20,000 nucleotides of DNA from positions 1,601,208 through 1,621,207 of the forward strand of contig NW_019091358.1 of NCBI RefSeq assembly GCF_001949145.1. Direction: 5' to 3'. The notes under the pieces were generated by a model. That model saw only the letters and a program-made list of their open reading frames with translations. It did not search any database and was not told where the DNA came from. Shown here one piece after another: positions 1 through 10,600 of this stretch; position 1 is the stretch's first letter; every line of letters starts with the position of its first letter. The translations under genes and the position numbers were made by a program. This DNA comes from Acanthaster planci. Lineage: Eukaryota.

Positions 1-8
1 CACTCAGG

Positions 9-14
9 TTTATT
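9..14 (-). terminator. Candidate polyadenylation signal AATAAA for the PAN-FReD gene
   Basis: tttatt on + (AATAAA on -), 8 nt past the TAA stop at 23-25. Confidence 0.4.
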
Positions 15-22
15 GATTCGGG

Positions 23-994
23 TTATTTTATTTTCATGGTGCTTCCTTTCATGGAGTAATACTTTCCTTTCCAACTCTCCCAGTGGATTCCAGCCCGAAA
101 AGGAGCGCGTGCCTGGTGATAGTAACGACCATTGAGACATGCTGTTGTGCAGTAACCAAACCACCAACTTGCCCCAAACCTCTGTGCACAACTGTAATCG
201 GGGGTATCATTGTCATTATCATAGGTTGAAAATGCACGCCCGTTATGCCATGTTAGAGAATCTGGCAGAGTGCTCCGAGTATCATATCGACCAATCCTAA
301 CTCTGTACAGGTTTCCCTGCAAGCCAAACTCGCCAAACTCGGCCCAAGCTGTGTTTTTCTCCCAGTCTTCCAACTCAACGCGTAGTTTCCACCATCCTGT
401 GTATTTGGTCAGATTCAGTAAGATGTCGTTGCCGAGCCAGAACTCTCCGGACAGGTTTCCAAAGCCCGCTCGATAGGTTACCCAGTTACGGTAGAAGTCG
501 ACCGAACCATCCTGGCGCCTCTGCATGACGATCCATCCCCCACCATCAGTTTCCATATCACAGTAGACTAACAGACCATTCCAAAAGCCGTTTGGGTAAA
601 TCTTGTATTCACCACTGACATTGAAACCGGAGTTGAGGAGACCCTCGCAACTGCTGAGATGTCTCACTGAGTGTAAGGGTGTGTCTGGGATCGTGTCGAT
701 GTAGACAACTTCATGAATTTCATCGAAAGATTCAGGATTCTGGATTCTGGTTCCGGTGCCAAGTTCACATCGACGGCTGTCTGTGTGAAAGTTGACTGAA
801 GAGCACTGTGGTAGCATAGCACATTCACGCACGCAGATAACCATAGACCTTGCAGTTTTTACAACGATAATTTTATTGATCAGTGCGCGATTTTCAGCTG
901 CAAAGTAGCTCAAGCCAAACTTTCCACAATGGTCCACACAACTTACTCCAGCAATGTTAAATATTGCCAGAATGAGTAGATTCCCTCTTCCCAT
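23..994 (-). CDS. Secreted PAN/Apple-domain + fibrinogen C-terminal domain (FReD) protein, ficolin/MFAP4-like lectin, 323 aa, single coding exon
   Basis: Uninterrupted ORF with Kozak-like gcatcATGG. Hydrophobic signal peptide MGRGNLLILAIFNIAGVSC. PAN/Apple Cys pattern (CVRECAMLPQCSSVNF...RRCELG). FReD motifs SGEYKIYP, VYCDMETDGGGWIVMQRRQDGSVDFYRNWVTYRAGFGNLSGEFWLGND, FSTYDNDND, CAQRFGASWW, LNGRY, GIHWESWKG..YSMK..MKIK. Confidence 0.95.
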   Translation of the reverse strand: MGRGNLLILAIFNIAGVSCVDHCGKFGLSYFAAENRALINKIIVVKTARSMVICVRECAMLPQCSSVNFHTDSRRCELGTGTRIQNPESFDEIHEVVYIDTIPDTPLHSVRHLSSCEGLLNSGFNVSGEYKIYPNGFWNGLLVYCDMETDGGGWIVMQRRQDGSVDFYRNWVTYRAGFGNLSGEFWLGNDILLNLTKYTGWWKLRVELEDWEKNTAWAEFGEFGLQGNLYRVRIGRYDTRSTLPDSLTWHNGRAFSTYDNDNDTPDYSCAQRFGASWWFGYCTTACLNGRYYHQARAPFRAGIHWESWKGKYYSMKGSTMKIK

Positions 995-1016
995 GATGCC
1001 AAAATTAGTTCCAGAA

Positions 1017-1030
1017 CTGAAAAGCGAACT
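1017..1030 (-). other. Candidate splice acceptor for a 5'UTR intron of the PAN-FReD gene
   Basis: Minus strand reads gttcgcttttcAG|ttctggaactaattttggcatcATG: a pyrimidine tract plus AG 22 nt upstream of the start codon. Confidence 0.4.
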
Positions 1031-1506
1031 GTCAGCTGCACTGTCAACAGGACATTAAAAAATCACGTTAGAAATGTTGAAATCTTGTGGTAATAGAACT
1101 AATCTTTGTTTACCCAAAAGGAAACAAGGAAAGACTATTATTCTATAGACCCCAGTAATATCTCGACACAGTCATTGTTGTCACTCATCCCTACCTTAGT
1201 GAAGGGTATTATTAAACTAGACTCAACTCGAGTCAGTTAAATGGTCGATAACTTTTCAGTGTGGTTCCTGAAAATAGTGTAAGCTAATTCTGCCCAGTCA
1301 GGGACCTAATTGTCACGCACATGCATGAGCATGATCATCAAGCAAACTATGCATTTACTCCAGACCTTATTAAAATAGAAATCGTTTTCTTTTCGTCTTG
1401 AAGCGAGAGATGATACATTTCAAGTTGTTCTTTACGTCGCTTGAAAGGGAGCGCAGTTATTCGGCTCGGATGACCAAGAACCAGCTGCTAATGTGCAAAC
1501 TGTCTG

Positions 1507-1520
1507 GTTGTCATAGCAAC
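1507..1520. promoter_or_regulatory. RFX X-box-like motif
   Basis: GTTGTCATAGCAAC, one mismatch from GTTGCCATAGCAAC, about 500 bp upstream of the FReD ATG. Function untested. Confidence 0.25.
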
Positions 1521-2515
1521 TAACTGAGTGAATTTTAAATTTTATTTGATGCCGCTTCAGTACCCTCCATTGGTGTCTTTAACTATAACATTAAAGGGAC
1601 AGCATTACAGAATTTCTGTGTTGGTTTTATGCTTGATTAAACACACTGCTCTCAAGTTGTCTTGCTCCTGCATTTGGAAAGAAGATTTCGGCCTTAATAT
1701 CCTGGTTTTGGATGTGCATGGACTGTGGTTATTTCCTGTAGTGACAAGCTGTTAACATCGAAGCTTAACTGAAAACATCAATTCCGAGTTTTACAAATCT
1801 GTCATGACGATTACGATGAAGGGGCAGGCCATTCTCCCTAAGTGAAAATGTAACCCATACATAACTACCTTTTGAGTGTAAAGGCCTTGGAAGAGAAAAC
1901 GGAGTAATTTATTTAAGGGACTGTGTCTCTCAGGCCGAAACATAAATGACGGCTGGTTAACTGTACAAAATGATGTAAAGGCGACCCTACCCTTCTACGA
2001 ATAAATGAATGCAAATGCCAGTGGTGTGACGGGGCTACTTTTTGGTGCTAACCATGCTGTATTTATGCTCAAGATGACTTGACTTTGCCAATTTGCTAAA
2101 TCAACCTATCAATCAATTTGACTTCAAACTATGTGTACATTCATTACAGACTGCACTCACCTTCGGATTATCTTTATTTTCGAGGGTTTTCAGCTAATTT
2201 TTGTGCTGCTTCCTCCGTTGGAGTAGTACTCTCCTTTCCAACTTTCTCAAAGGATTCCTGAAAGAAACGTAGCCTGTGCTTGATGATAGTTATGATACTG
2301 AGGTGGTGTGCAGTGCCAGAAACCCAACCACCAATACACCTCGGGTCTTTGTGCACAGTCTAGCAATAACGCGGTCGTCATACATTGAGAACGCCTGCTC
2401 AGTATTATGCTACGTCAATGGCAAATCGTAATGTTCCACATGTTGCAGACCGTCTGTGAAGCCTTTTGGGTAGATCACATATACTCAGCGCTGACTTTGA
2501 AACATACGGAAGCCG

Positions 2516-2639
2516 GATAGTGCCAAGGCATAGCATGCGCACTTTTTTTGAACCGGCAGGCCGCCACTTGATGATGGTGTCAAAAGATATGTACACGCGC
2601 TGTTCAAAAAAAGTTCGCATGCTATCCCTTCGCACTATC
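2516..2639. mobile_element. Small MITE-like element with 38-bp inverted repeats, inserted in the pseudogene
   Basis: Left arm 2516-2553 gatagtgccaaggcatagcatgcgcactttttttgaac and right arm 2602-2639 gttcaaaaaaagttcgcatgctatcccttcgcactatc are 35/38 complementary with a 48-bp spacer. The element lies between segments that are nearly adjacent in the intact gene. Confidence 0.7.
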
Positions 2640-2921
2640 TATCTAGAAATAGCAGTTGAGGAGACCCACACAATTGCGGAAATTCAAAATATGGCGCACC
2701 AATTGTAAGGGCGTGGCTGGGATAGTGTTGATGTACACGTAGACACTTCAGTGAATTTTAAGGTTACAGTACTCAATATTCTGGTTGCAGTGCTGAGTTC
2801 ATATCGATGACTTTTCAAGAAAATTGAATGAAAGGCACTGTGGTACTATAGCATATTCACGAACGCATGTAATCCTAGACGTTACAGTTTCCACTTTAAA
2901 ACATGGTCAGTCGTTGCACAT

Positions 2922-2945
2922 TTTGTTTGTTTGTTTGTTTGTTTG
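2922..2945 (+). repeat. (TTTG)6 microsatellite
   Basis: tttgtttgtttgtttgtttgtttg. Confidence 0.9.
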
Positions 2946-3779
2946 CTTTTTTGAGTTGCAGTCTTAGAAAATAGATGCCCCGAGTTTACAGAAAAAGAAC
3001 TGAAGCTTTTGCAGCTCATTCTGTAGCTATATCAATGTTTGTTATATCATGGTAATAGACCGCATTTTTTTATGTACTAGAATTGATCATGATCATTATA
3101 TGCCACACAACACACGTACCGAATCGCGAGAACATGAGCGATTCTGGCTATTGCACGTGAGTGATGCGTCTCACGGGATACATTGCCACAATTGTGACAG
3201 AGTTAAATATATTTCACTTCTTTTCCTTGCATTCGAAAAAATTTGTGTCACCAGGAGCGGGACCAAGAGAGGGTGCAATTTCCCTGGCAACGGAGGCTCA
3301 TTTCGTGAAACTGCAAATTCGCTGGTTCACGAACGATTATGACATGCGCGCCTTATACGTTTGCGGGGTTACCAACAAAATGAACACAACCTGCCAGCGT
3401 GGCTCTTTTTTTTCAACTGATAAGGAGTGCTTCTGCTCAAGTCGGATATGGCGGGGTCTATGGATTTTGTACATCTGAGAGGCAAAGCACCCTTGGCTTC
3501 GCCTTGGGTACTGTACCCCTCAAACTGATGGATGTACAAAAACCAGAACCCCGTCACAAAAGGCAGCGATTAGTCATTTCGGTATTCTCTTTATTTCGGC
3601 CTCAGTCAATACACGTGCACCTGGTTTGTGCGTTTTGAAATCACCAACGAGGAATGATTTTCAAGTTCTGATTTTGTCTGGTGTCCGCCCGTTTTGATAT
3701 AGGCCTACTACCTTGCGTCAGCAGAGTGCAGCACCTGTCAACTACAAGATTCTTTGAATTGTTAAAAGACGCTCCTGCA

Positions 3780-6700
3780 AGTTGATATGCCTACTTCGTA
3801 TTAAAGTCAGTGATAAGCATCAGGCTATTCGTATAAGCGTCTAAGGTATTCCTCTCAGCTCCTTTAGATGGTCAGCAAATGACCTTGGGGACCATTTCCG
3901 GATTTTCAGCTGTGTTATATCACGTATATTACTAATTGCTGAGGAAATGTGTTTTGATAAAGAATTATGATGCGACACATTGAGCACTTTATCTTTATTA
4001 TTTTTAAAATCATCCACATGGTTGTCCAAACGTGCGTTATAACTATGGAATCTTTCCTTGCCAGTTCCCTCCCTGAATTGTAGTTCAATCAACGCCTGGT
4101 TTGGCCAGTAACGCATCAACGACTGTTTCCTGTACAGTAGCAGTGTACACGTACATGAGTTGCAACCGTACATTCACTACTAGTTGTTTGAAAAGTGCTC
4201 TGCATGCACATATTGTACAAGGAGTGTTTTTCTTCCGTTCATTGTTCTATTATTAAACAATTTAACCTTAACTTCGATGGATAGGGCATAACAAATTTTT
4301 CCTCAAATTATTTCTAATATAAAAGATCGTTGGTGTTGTTTTTTCTTGCTCAGCCTTCATATAGATTTCTGTTGATATCTTGGCATTAGTTTGACACAGA
4401 TTATTGATATACTTTTGTCCTGAAAGATTGACTCTTGAGGCAAGGTGGCTTTGTTTTGTTAGGTTAATTGAAATGATATCGAAATAACAGGTATTTGTGA
4501 ATACTTTGTGACACTGTGTAAACTGCTCTGACTAGCAACAGTGTATTTAAAACTAAACTGTACTTCATGCATGATGCTTGTTATGATAGAAAGTGTCTGC
4601 TTACCTTTTGATAAGAGATCAACTTTGATAAATCAAAATTTGTACATCGATACGTATGGTCGTCACAGAAAGACGATTTGGCGTGTTAAGTCAAAGATAC
4701 AAATGTTGATCTGCCTAAAAAAGTTTACATCAATGAACTGAATATCTGTATTGATGTATTGCCGAAAGAAAATTGTCACTAACTTTAGGAGTCTGAAGTC
4801 AACCGTTCTACTTTCCTAAATTTCTGACGTTCTATTTTCAAAAATATCTGACCTGTAGGTTTTGACAAATTACTACACGACATAAGAAAAAAATTAAAAC
4901 ATACTCGGTTTCTGATAGCGAAAAACAGGCAGATTATTGCACTATTTTTTTAGTCCGTTACACTTACACTGGACAGAAACTCGATGAACCGTACTATCAC
5001 TATGGACAAAATCCAAACGATGTCTTATAAAATGCAACACGGGTAATCGCCGTCGACTCACGCAAAGTGTCCTTTCAAGGCTTCAAGTAATACAGTTTGT
5101 TAGCTGTTTCTTTGTTAAAATGCAAAACTGGACTTAGCTGCTCCGACTTGGCCTTAATCCTTCATCATTGCGAGATAACCTCTCCAAATTCTGTGACCTC
5201 TAACGGCTATTAGAGCATAATCTGTCTTAATGAATCCGATTTGTGCGAAAGCAAGCATAGGAAAAACTCGCTATACTCATATCTCTCGCGGTAGGAATAA
5301 CAAGAGGTGTCTTAAAACACCTGTGCACAAAGCAAAATGAGTTTTTACGACAGCTTACATCATCTGTCCCACTACACCAATGGTTTGGAGTTATTGCAAG
5401 GGGACAAAATTGCAAGCACAGGCTAAGATGAAATGCAAAACAGTAGATTTGACTTGCCAATCCAATATGCCAATCGACGACCAGAGTACTGACCCGTCTG
5501 GAACGCGATGATACATACAACTTGTGAAACACCCAATCTACAAACAATCTAGGGGTGAGTCTACAGGACCATATTTTTGGCGAGGGGGAAATGTGCGTGG
5601 GGGGGACAAAATTGGGGATTTTTTAGGGTAGAGTCCCACCTGGGTAGAGTATGCATGCCCCTCTCTTATCCACAGTTGTGGGTGCACCCCAGTGATAAAT
5701 CCCAAAACTTCAAATTCTTTTAAAATACAACTCTACCAGGTGGTCAGGCAGCATGTAAAACAATGATGAACATATCGTTCAATTTCCTTTTAACATTTTG
5801 AAAATAGCATTCAAAGCAGACCACCCCAATAAAGAAAGATACTTCCCAAACTGGGAAAAGTAACCATTTCGAAAAAGCACAAAAACGTAGTGCCACTTTG
5901 GCACCCGATTGCATCCAAACTGCTCAGAAATGGAAGCCCAATTCCAGGCCAGAGGTTCAGTACCATATTTCTTCTATACCCCAAATCCATGGCTCTCAGA
6001 TCTCTTTAATACAGAATAATTTGAGTGCATAACTTTTATTGATTAATTAACCCTTCAACGCTGGACGAATTTTTGGCCTACTCACGTGGGTGCACCCTTG
6101 TATGCGTAAACCTGATTTCACCCCAGGAACTATACGTATGAAGCGAGACATGAGACGGAGAGAACTCCCCTGTTTTGTGTTGGTCATTGTCTCACTGGAA
6201 CCTGAGGAATTCTTTTCAGACATCTAGGGGGATATGTTAGGTAACAATAGTCTAGAGTGTGTGTAGCGATTGGACATGTTGGGGGGTACCCCTCGGTGTA
6301 ATTTCTTGCTGGATATACCAGGATCAGGAAACCTCAGGAGTGTTGTTCTATGCCGACCCAAGTCCCCCTCCCACGTTAATTCTGAGAAGTGGTCGACAAC
6401 AATGCATGCACAGGCAAAGATTACTTTGTGACTGGGGTACGCAGATAGGTCTGTACTCTGTACTGATAATCCGTACTGACAGGTGCTAATAAGTCCCATC
6501 TTCAATCAGACAGAACAGTATCGAACGGTTTCACTTCGGTTTTTTTTTCGGTTTTGTTTTTGGTCTTTTTTTTCTTCTTTTTAGGGTTCTAATGAAAGAA
6601 ATGTGCTCAAAACCCCAAGGGCTTCACAATGTAATTCTCTACTCCTTGGCAAGCGGCCTATTTCGCGGTGCTAACTGCGTTCTAATTTGGGAATCCTCTA

Positions 6701-7450
6701 CCTGAGCCCCGGGCTTTTTGTGAAGGGAAAGAATGTAGCCACCTCTCCCTTCAATGCAGCCCAACATTCCTTCAGCATCCTGCCCCGTTCTCAAGTATTT
6801 TCTGTTGTTCTTTTCATCACAATAGAGACACTTCACTCAGGCATTTAGCATACTTTGGTAAGGAAAAAAAGACAGTTGCTGGATTGCTGGTTGTGGGGAG
6901 ATACTCTCTTGTCAGTCCAGTCAAAATGGATTTATCCAATCAATTAACAACTGCTTTGCGATTGATCTCAGGATGGAAGACGAAGGTGATGGGATCTGTG
7001 TTTTGCAAGTTCCCCCAAGGTGAATCTGTCAGAATCATCAGTCCTCCGTCTGGTTGACTTTTCTTCCCGGGAAAGATCCATAGCAAGGCAGGGTTGCCGT
7101 TCGCACTATTCAGTTACAGAGATTACCGACTATTAGATTACCTACTTGAAGGAGGTTTTAAAGTCGCTTCGGCCTCCTCAACCAGGAAGGCAGATAATAC
7201 AAAGAAAGATTATTTGGCAGGTTCGTTGAGTATAACTTTCTCATTACGTAAGAGTGTGTTAAGCATTTATAATTGCGCCTACGTACCGTACCTCCGGGAG
7301 GGATCGCGTGCCTGTCTGCGAGGACAACAAACACAACTAGGACGAGGCACATGTGGACGTGTGAGATATGAGCAGAAAACAGTTTCTTTGAAAGGAATCC
7401 CTTATGATATACGAATCTCCATGATGACTCCTGTTTGAAATGTTTCAATT
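3780..7450 (-). mobile_element. Degenerate Penelope-like retroelement (RT + GIY-YIG endonuclease), interrupted by insertions
   Basis: Minus-strand fragments across frames occur in PLE order: DLSREEK (7058-7078), AVVN*LDK..EYL..QQLS, YILSLHKKPG (about 6708-6737), LD..VKS (about 5445-5466, motif A), NSFCF..TA..SIA..SYA (about 5254-5343, motif B'), IWRGYL (5172-5189, eroded motif C), IQFIDV (about 4725-4745), KYSLVLNTLLLVRA (thumb, about 4525-4565), PTIFYIRNNLRKNL (about 4293-4335), CTIC, TCT...KQ..GQTRR*L..QFRE and VSHHN (GIY-YIG, about 3960-4155). May extend to about 7900. Confidence 0.65.
5550..6125. mobile_element. MITE-like non-autonomous DNA element nested in the Penelope-like element
   Basis: Imperfect terminal inverted repeats (taggggtgagtctacagg / cctgatttcacccca), G-runs near the left end, and gtgggtgcaccc repeated at about 5678 and 6086. 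PLE RT similarity stops at about 5550. No clear target-site duplication. Confidence 0.4.
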
Positions 7451-8779
7451 TGCGGCATTGGGTTGCACGGAATGAGTCGGTAAGTAACTTGGCTTTAACT
7501 GTTTACGCTAGTTTTCGAACCTTAGTACCCTGAGAGTGTGAAATGCATTTGAATTCATATGTATTTCCCAGAAGGCTTTGCAAATGAAAATACTAAGCTG
7601 GTTCACAACAGTTTTTCGAATAAAATCAGCAAGACCTGCAGTAAAGTATGATCGATCCTTTCCCAGCGAAAGAATCGTGCTTTTACAGTCTTGCTTGTAT
7701 CTTCCTGTTTACATTACTTCCCGGGAAAATTGGTCGAAGGAAACGCTGTACTTGCGAATAACTTTAAATATTTATAGGCCTATTTGTCTCATCCGCTTGG
7801 CAATTTGGAACCCATTGTTATCAGTCATTGTTCATCTTGGAAATGATCAACAATGCAGTCATGTAAATAAATTTCCAACATTATAGTTCAAGGGCATATT
7901 TCCGATAATTTATTTACTAAACGCATTTGGGAGAAATTCTCCCAGACGACGCGGCGAGACATTGCGTTTGCAGGTGGCTTTGTAACAGTCGACTGATGTT
8001 GAAGGTTAAATAAAATGTACAGGTAGTCTGTGACTGATTACAGGGTTTGGGTTGTCGCTTATGATTCAGAGGCAAATAGGAGACATTTTAGTGGTGTGAC
8101 AGCAATGAAAGAGCATTACAAATCTATGCAAACGCAATAGGTACAAACCCGTCTGTTCATATCCTAAATACAACTAAAGGGCGTGTCAAGATGGGGAGGA
8201 GCGGGGAAGTTGTTTCCCCTCGGAGGTATATTGCTATTTTTAGAAAGCAAAAGCGGCAGCACTAAAGAAACGGCATCACCACCCTCCTGTAAGGATTATT
8301 TTACGAAGGAAAATTGGACGATCATTTTAGGTAAAACATTCCCATATTGCACTCCACCCAAAACCTTGATGTGCCATTGCCTCAGCAGTAGATTATTAAG
8401 CTTCACAGCGACTATTACACTACAAACTGTACACATGCGTTGTGCAAAAATGACTGAGGCAATAACGTCATCATTTGTGACGTCACCTCCTCTACCCCCT
8501 TTTCTTTTGGCCAGTGGTGTGTCGTTGTAAAGCTCGAATGGAGTGATCCCAATTCGACGCTTTTAGCGTCGATCTGCGCACTTCCATGTTTGAAAACGAG
8601 GCTGTATGTGTTGGCTTCAATTCTTAATACGATCAGACGGTTGAAAGTAAGGACCCAAGACACAAAATGCATAAAGGTATATTNGACCGCGAACTAACGT
8701 ACCTACGATGGTCGTGTATCTTGTGCAGTGGGCGTGGTTTAAACTGAAGTGGCGTCATACTTACGAACTGGGATACTCC

Positions 8780-10600
8780 ACGTACTGTGTCGACTTCGAG
8801 GGCGCGCACGAGGAAGTTCAACACAGAAAGCCGCGGCGAAGATGAAGATGTGCTCAAACGGCACTAATGTGAAATTCCTTAGCTATCTGTCTGGCACAGC
8901 CTACTTCACTCGACACACTTCTGGAAAGTTTATAAAGTGAGGTTTCCGTGTCCTTAAATTACAAAAAAGAAAACTGTTATACCGTGTCAACTCTGTAAAA
9001 GGGGAGGGGCACGAACCATTAGTCGATTTGGATATTACCGCTAATGAGTCATTAGGGCGACATTCCCATAAGAACGTGCATAATTCAATATTCCCTAGTC
9101 TGAACTGAACCAAACTTTGTATGTTTTCAATTTAGACGCTAATCTATCATCTCTCAAAATTTCCAGTGAGACAAAATTCGGCCTCCCTCTGGTAGTTTGA
9201 AAATAGGGAGACACTGAAATGTCTCCCTACAAGCCGATGTATCCTTAATGCTGAAAATTTACCACAAAATGTCTCCCAAAAGACCTATTTGTAAATATAA
9301 GTGTTACTCTTTCCACGTACATTGCTTTTCCGCAATGTAGATATGAAGTCGTATAACGACTGCACTCTCTCAAGGTTCTTCGTCGGATTTTCGGACTGGA
9401 AAGAAAATCGCCCATCGCTCGGTGGCGCTATTTATTGGCCTGTCCGTTAGAAGGATGTAGGCGCACACGGTGCACTCTTTTGAGGGCCTTGGGCTGGGCG
9501 TTCGCGGTAAGAAAAAATTGCATGGCAGTGCTTGCTTGTATACTTCGTAATGTGCCGTGCACATACCACGTTGACATAGAGTGCTAACACAAAACTGCCA
9601 GTTCAGAGGATCCATTCGTCACCATCAGTCACGTCCAGGGTAGAGTTCCCTTTAGGCTAATTATTCACTGCCGTGAAGTTGAATGGGCCTAGTTTCAAGA
9701 AGATCAACAACAGTTCGGCACCATTTCCCTTGTGATTTTTTACTGTTTACAGTGGCACGAAGGAGTTTTTTGCACACTTTGCCGAACGGTTTCGATTAGT
9801 CCCGTGGCTTGTTGGTTATGATATCTAGTCAATGCCATAAAGAACACTGCTCGATTTAAAAACCATTAGCGCACCTTTTCCCTGCTACGATTGTAATTGG
9901 TGCATGGAAACTACTCGTGTAGTGCACGGTTCACCTTTTGTTCGGTGGTTCACCCGGTATCCTGCAGTTACCATTTCACTCTTTCATCAATAGGTTATTG
10001 TCGCGAATGGAAAGGGAAAAGAAAAAAGCTTCTGATATTCGATAGTGTTTCACCGTCAGGGTATGTCTGGAAAACGATTTGTGCATTTGCTGTCGGCATG
10101 ACCACTGTTGCATTACTGAGTTATCGCGGGGGCGCCGCGTGCGCTCTAAAACTTCGGAACGTAACTTAGTGATGGGTGTCTGACCATAGTATGACATACA
10201 TGTGGTCTATTCCTGTGTGCGAACGGAGTACTGCCTCAAATGATGTGATTGTTGGGGAAAGAAATTCAGAGAATTTGCTCCTTTGAAACAGCATCGATTT
10301 CTGTGCCTCGGGATTTAATGAGGCATGATGATGAAGTAGGCTAACTCCAAGTCTCGTCAATATACGCAGATTGAGAGGAGACAGAAAATGGACGTGCCTG
10401 TTGTAATATGGTTGTTTACTTGACGGTAGAGACTTCAAGGTTGCGTATCTTCAGGCAAGTCTGTGTTCAAGTTCTTAAGGACTACCATTTGGAATGAACT
10501 CAAGATTCTGACTGAGGCTTCAATGATACGGACTGCATCGCAATTATCCTCCTTCGACGTTAAACTTAACCTGGAAAATGTTGGATGGCCTATAACCGCC
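8780..10600 (+). mobile_element. Degenerate L2/CR1-group LINE reverse transcriptase and C-terminal tail
   Basis: Plus-strand fragments occur in LINE RT order: KA.GEDE (about 8828-8846), FP..LK..TVIP..K.G..YYR (about 8943-9042), HCF..TTAL, SDW, VALFIGLS (9422-9445, cf. LFxDLSKAFD), LGVRG (9494-9508), VQG..LG*LFT (about 9633-9668, cf. PQGSxLGPLLF), NWC (9895-9903), KLLIFDS..W, EYC..WG, GKSVFKFLRTTIWNEL..IRTASQLSSF (about 10454-10556). Confidence 0.7.
9130..9295. repeat. Short palindromic repeat/MITE-like insert in the LINE
   Basis: Hairpin tagggagaca...tgtctcccta (about 9203-9229) and a further atgtctccc at about 9269. It falls between the YYR and HCF regions of the LINE RT. Confidence 0.35.

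Larger units (their letters stand above)
2170..2960 (-). pseudogene. Decayed tandem paralog of the PAN-FReD gene, with an internal deletion and an insertion
   Basis: Collinear nucleotide similarity to the gene. 2220 ggagtagtactctcctttccaact matches 53 ggagtaatactttcctttccaact. 2446 cagaccgtctgtgaagccttttgggtagatc...ctgactttgaaac matches 572 cagaccattccaaaagccgtttgggtaaatc...ctgacattgaaac. 2654 agttgaggagaccc matches 631. 2835 gcactgtggtactatagcatattcacgaacgca matches 803 gcactgtggtagcatagcacattcacgcacgca. Many indels. Gene bases of about 260-560 have no counterpart. May extend to about 3070. Confidence 0.85.

Noticed and set aside
1572..1930. Kolobok-like TTAAAGG termini (1591, about 1913)
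   Set aside because: No matching inverted partner end found.
2405..2708. ORFs on both strands sharing SMRTFFE / SKKVRML peptides
   Set aside because: A by-product of the 38-bp inverted repeat, not genes.
8176..8382. Possible MITE (gggcgtgtcaag ... cttgatgtgcca)
   Set aside because: Terminal similarity is too weak and there is no TSD.
8420..8900. CpG-island promoter (TGACGTCA, GC-box) with ATG at about 8842
   Set aside because: No downstream gene. The distal part translates as LINE ORF2 remnant, and such short motifs are common by chance.
9376..9410. hAT TTF zinc finger (VGFSDWK)
   Set aside because: No flanking Cys/His. The DW falls where LINE RT has it, just before the FxDLS motif.
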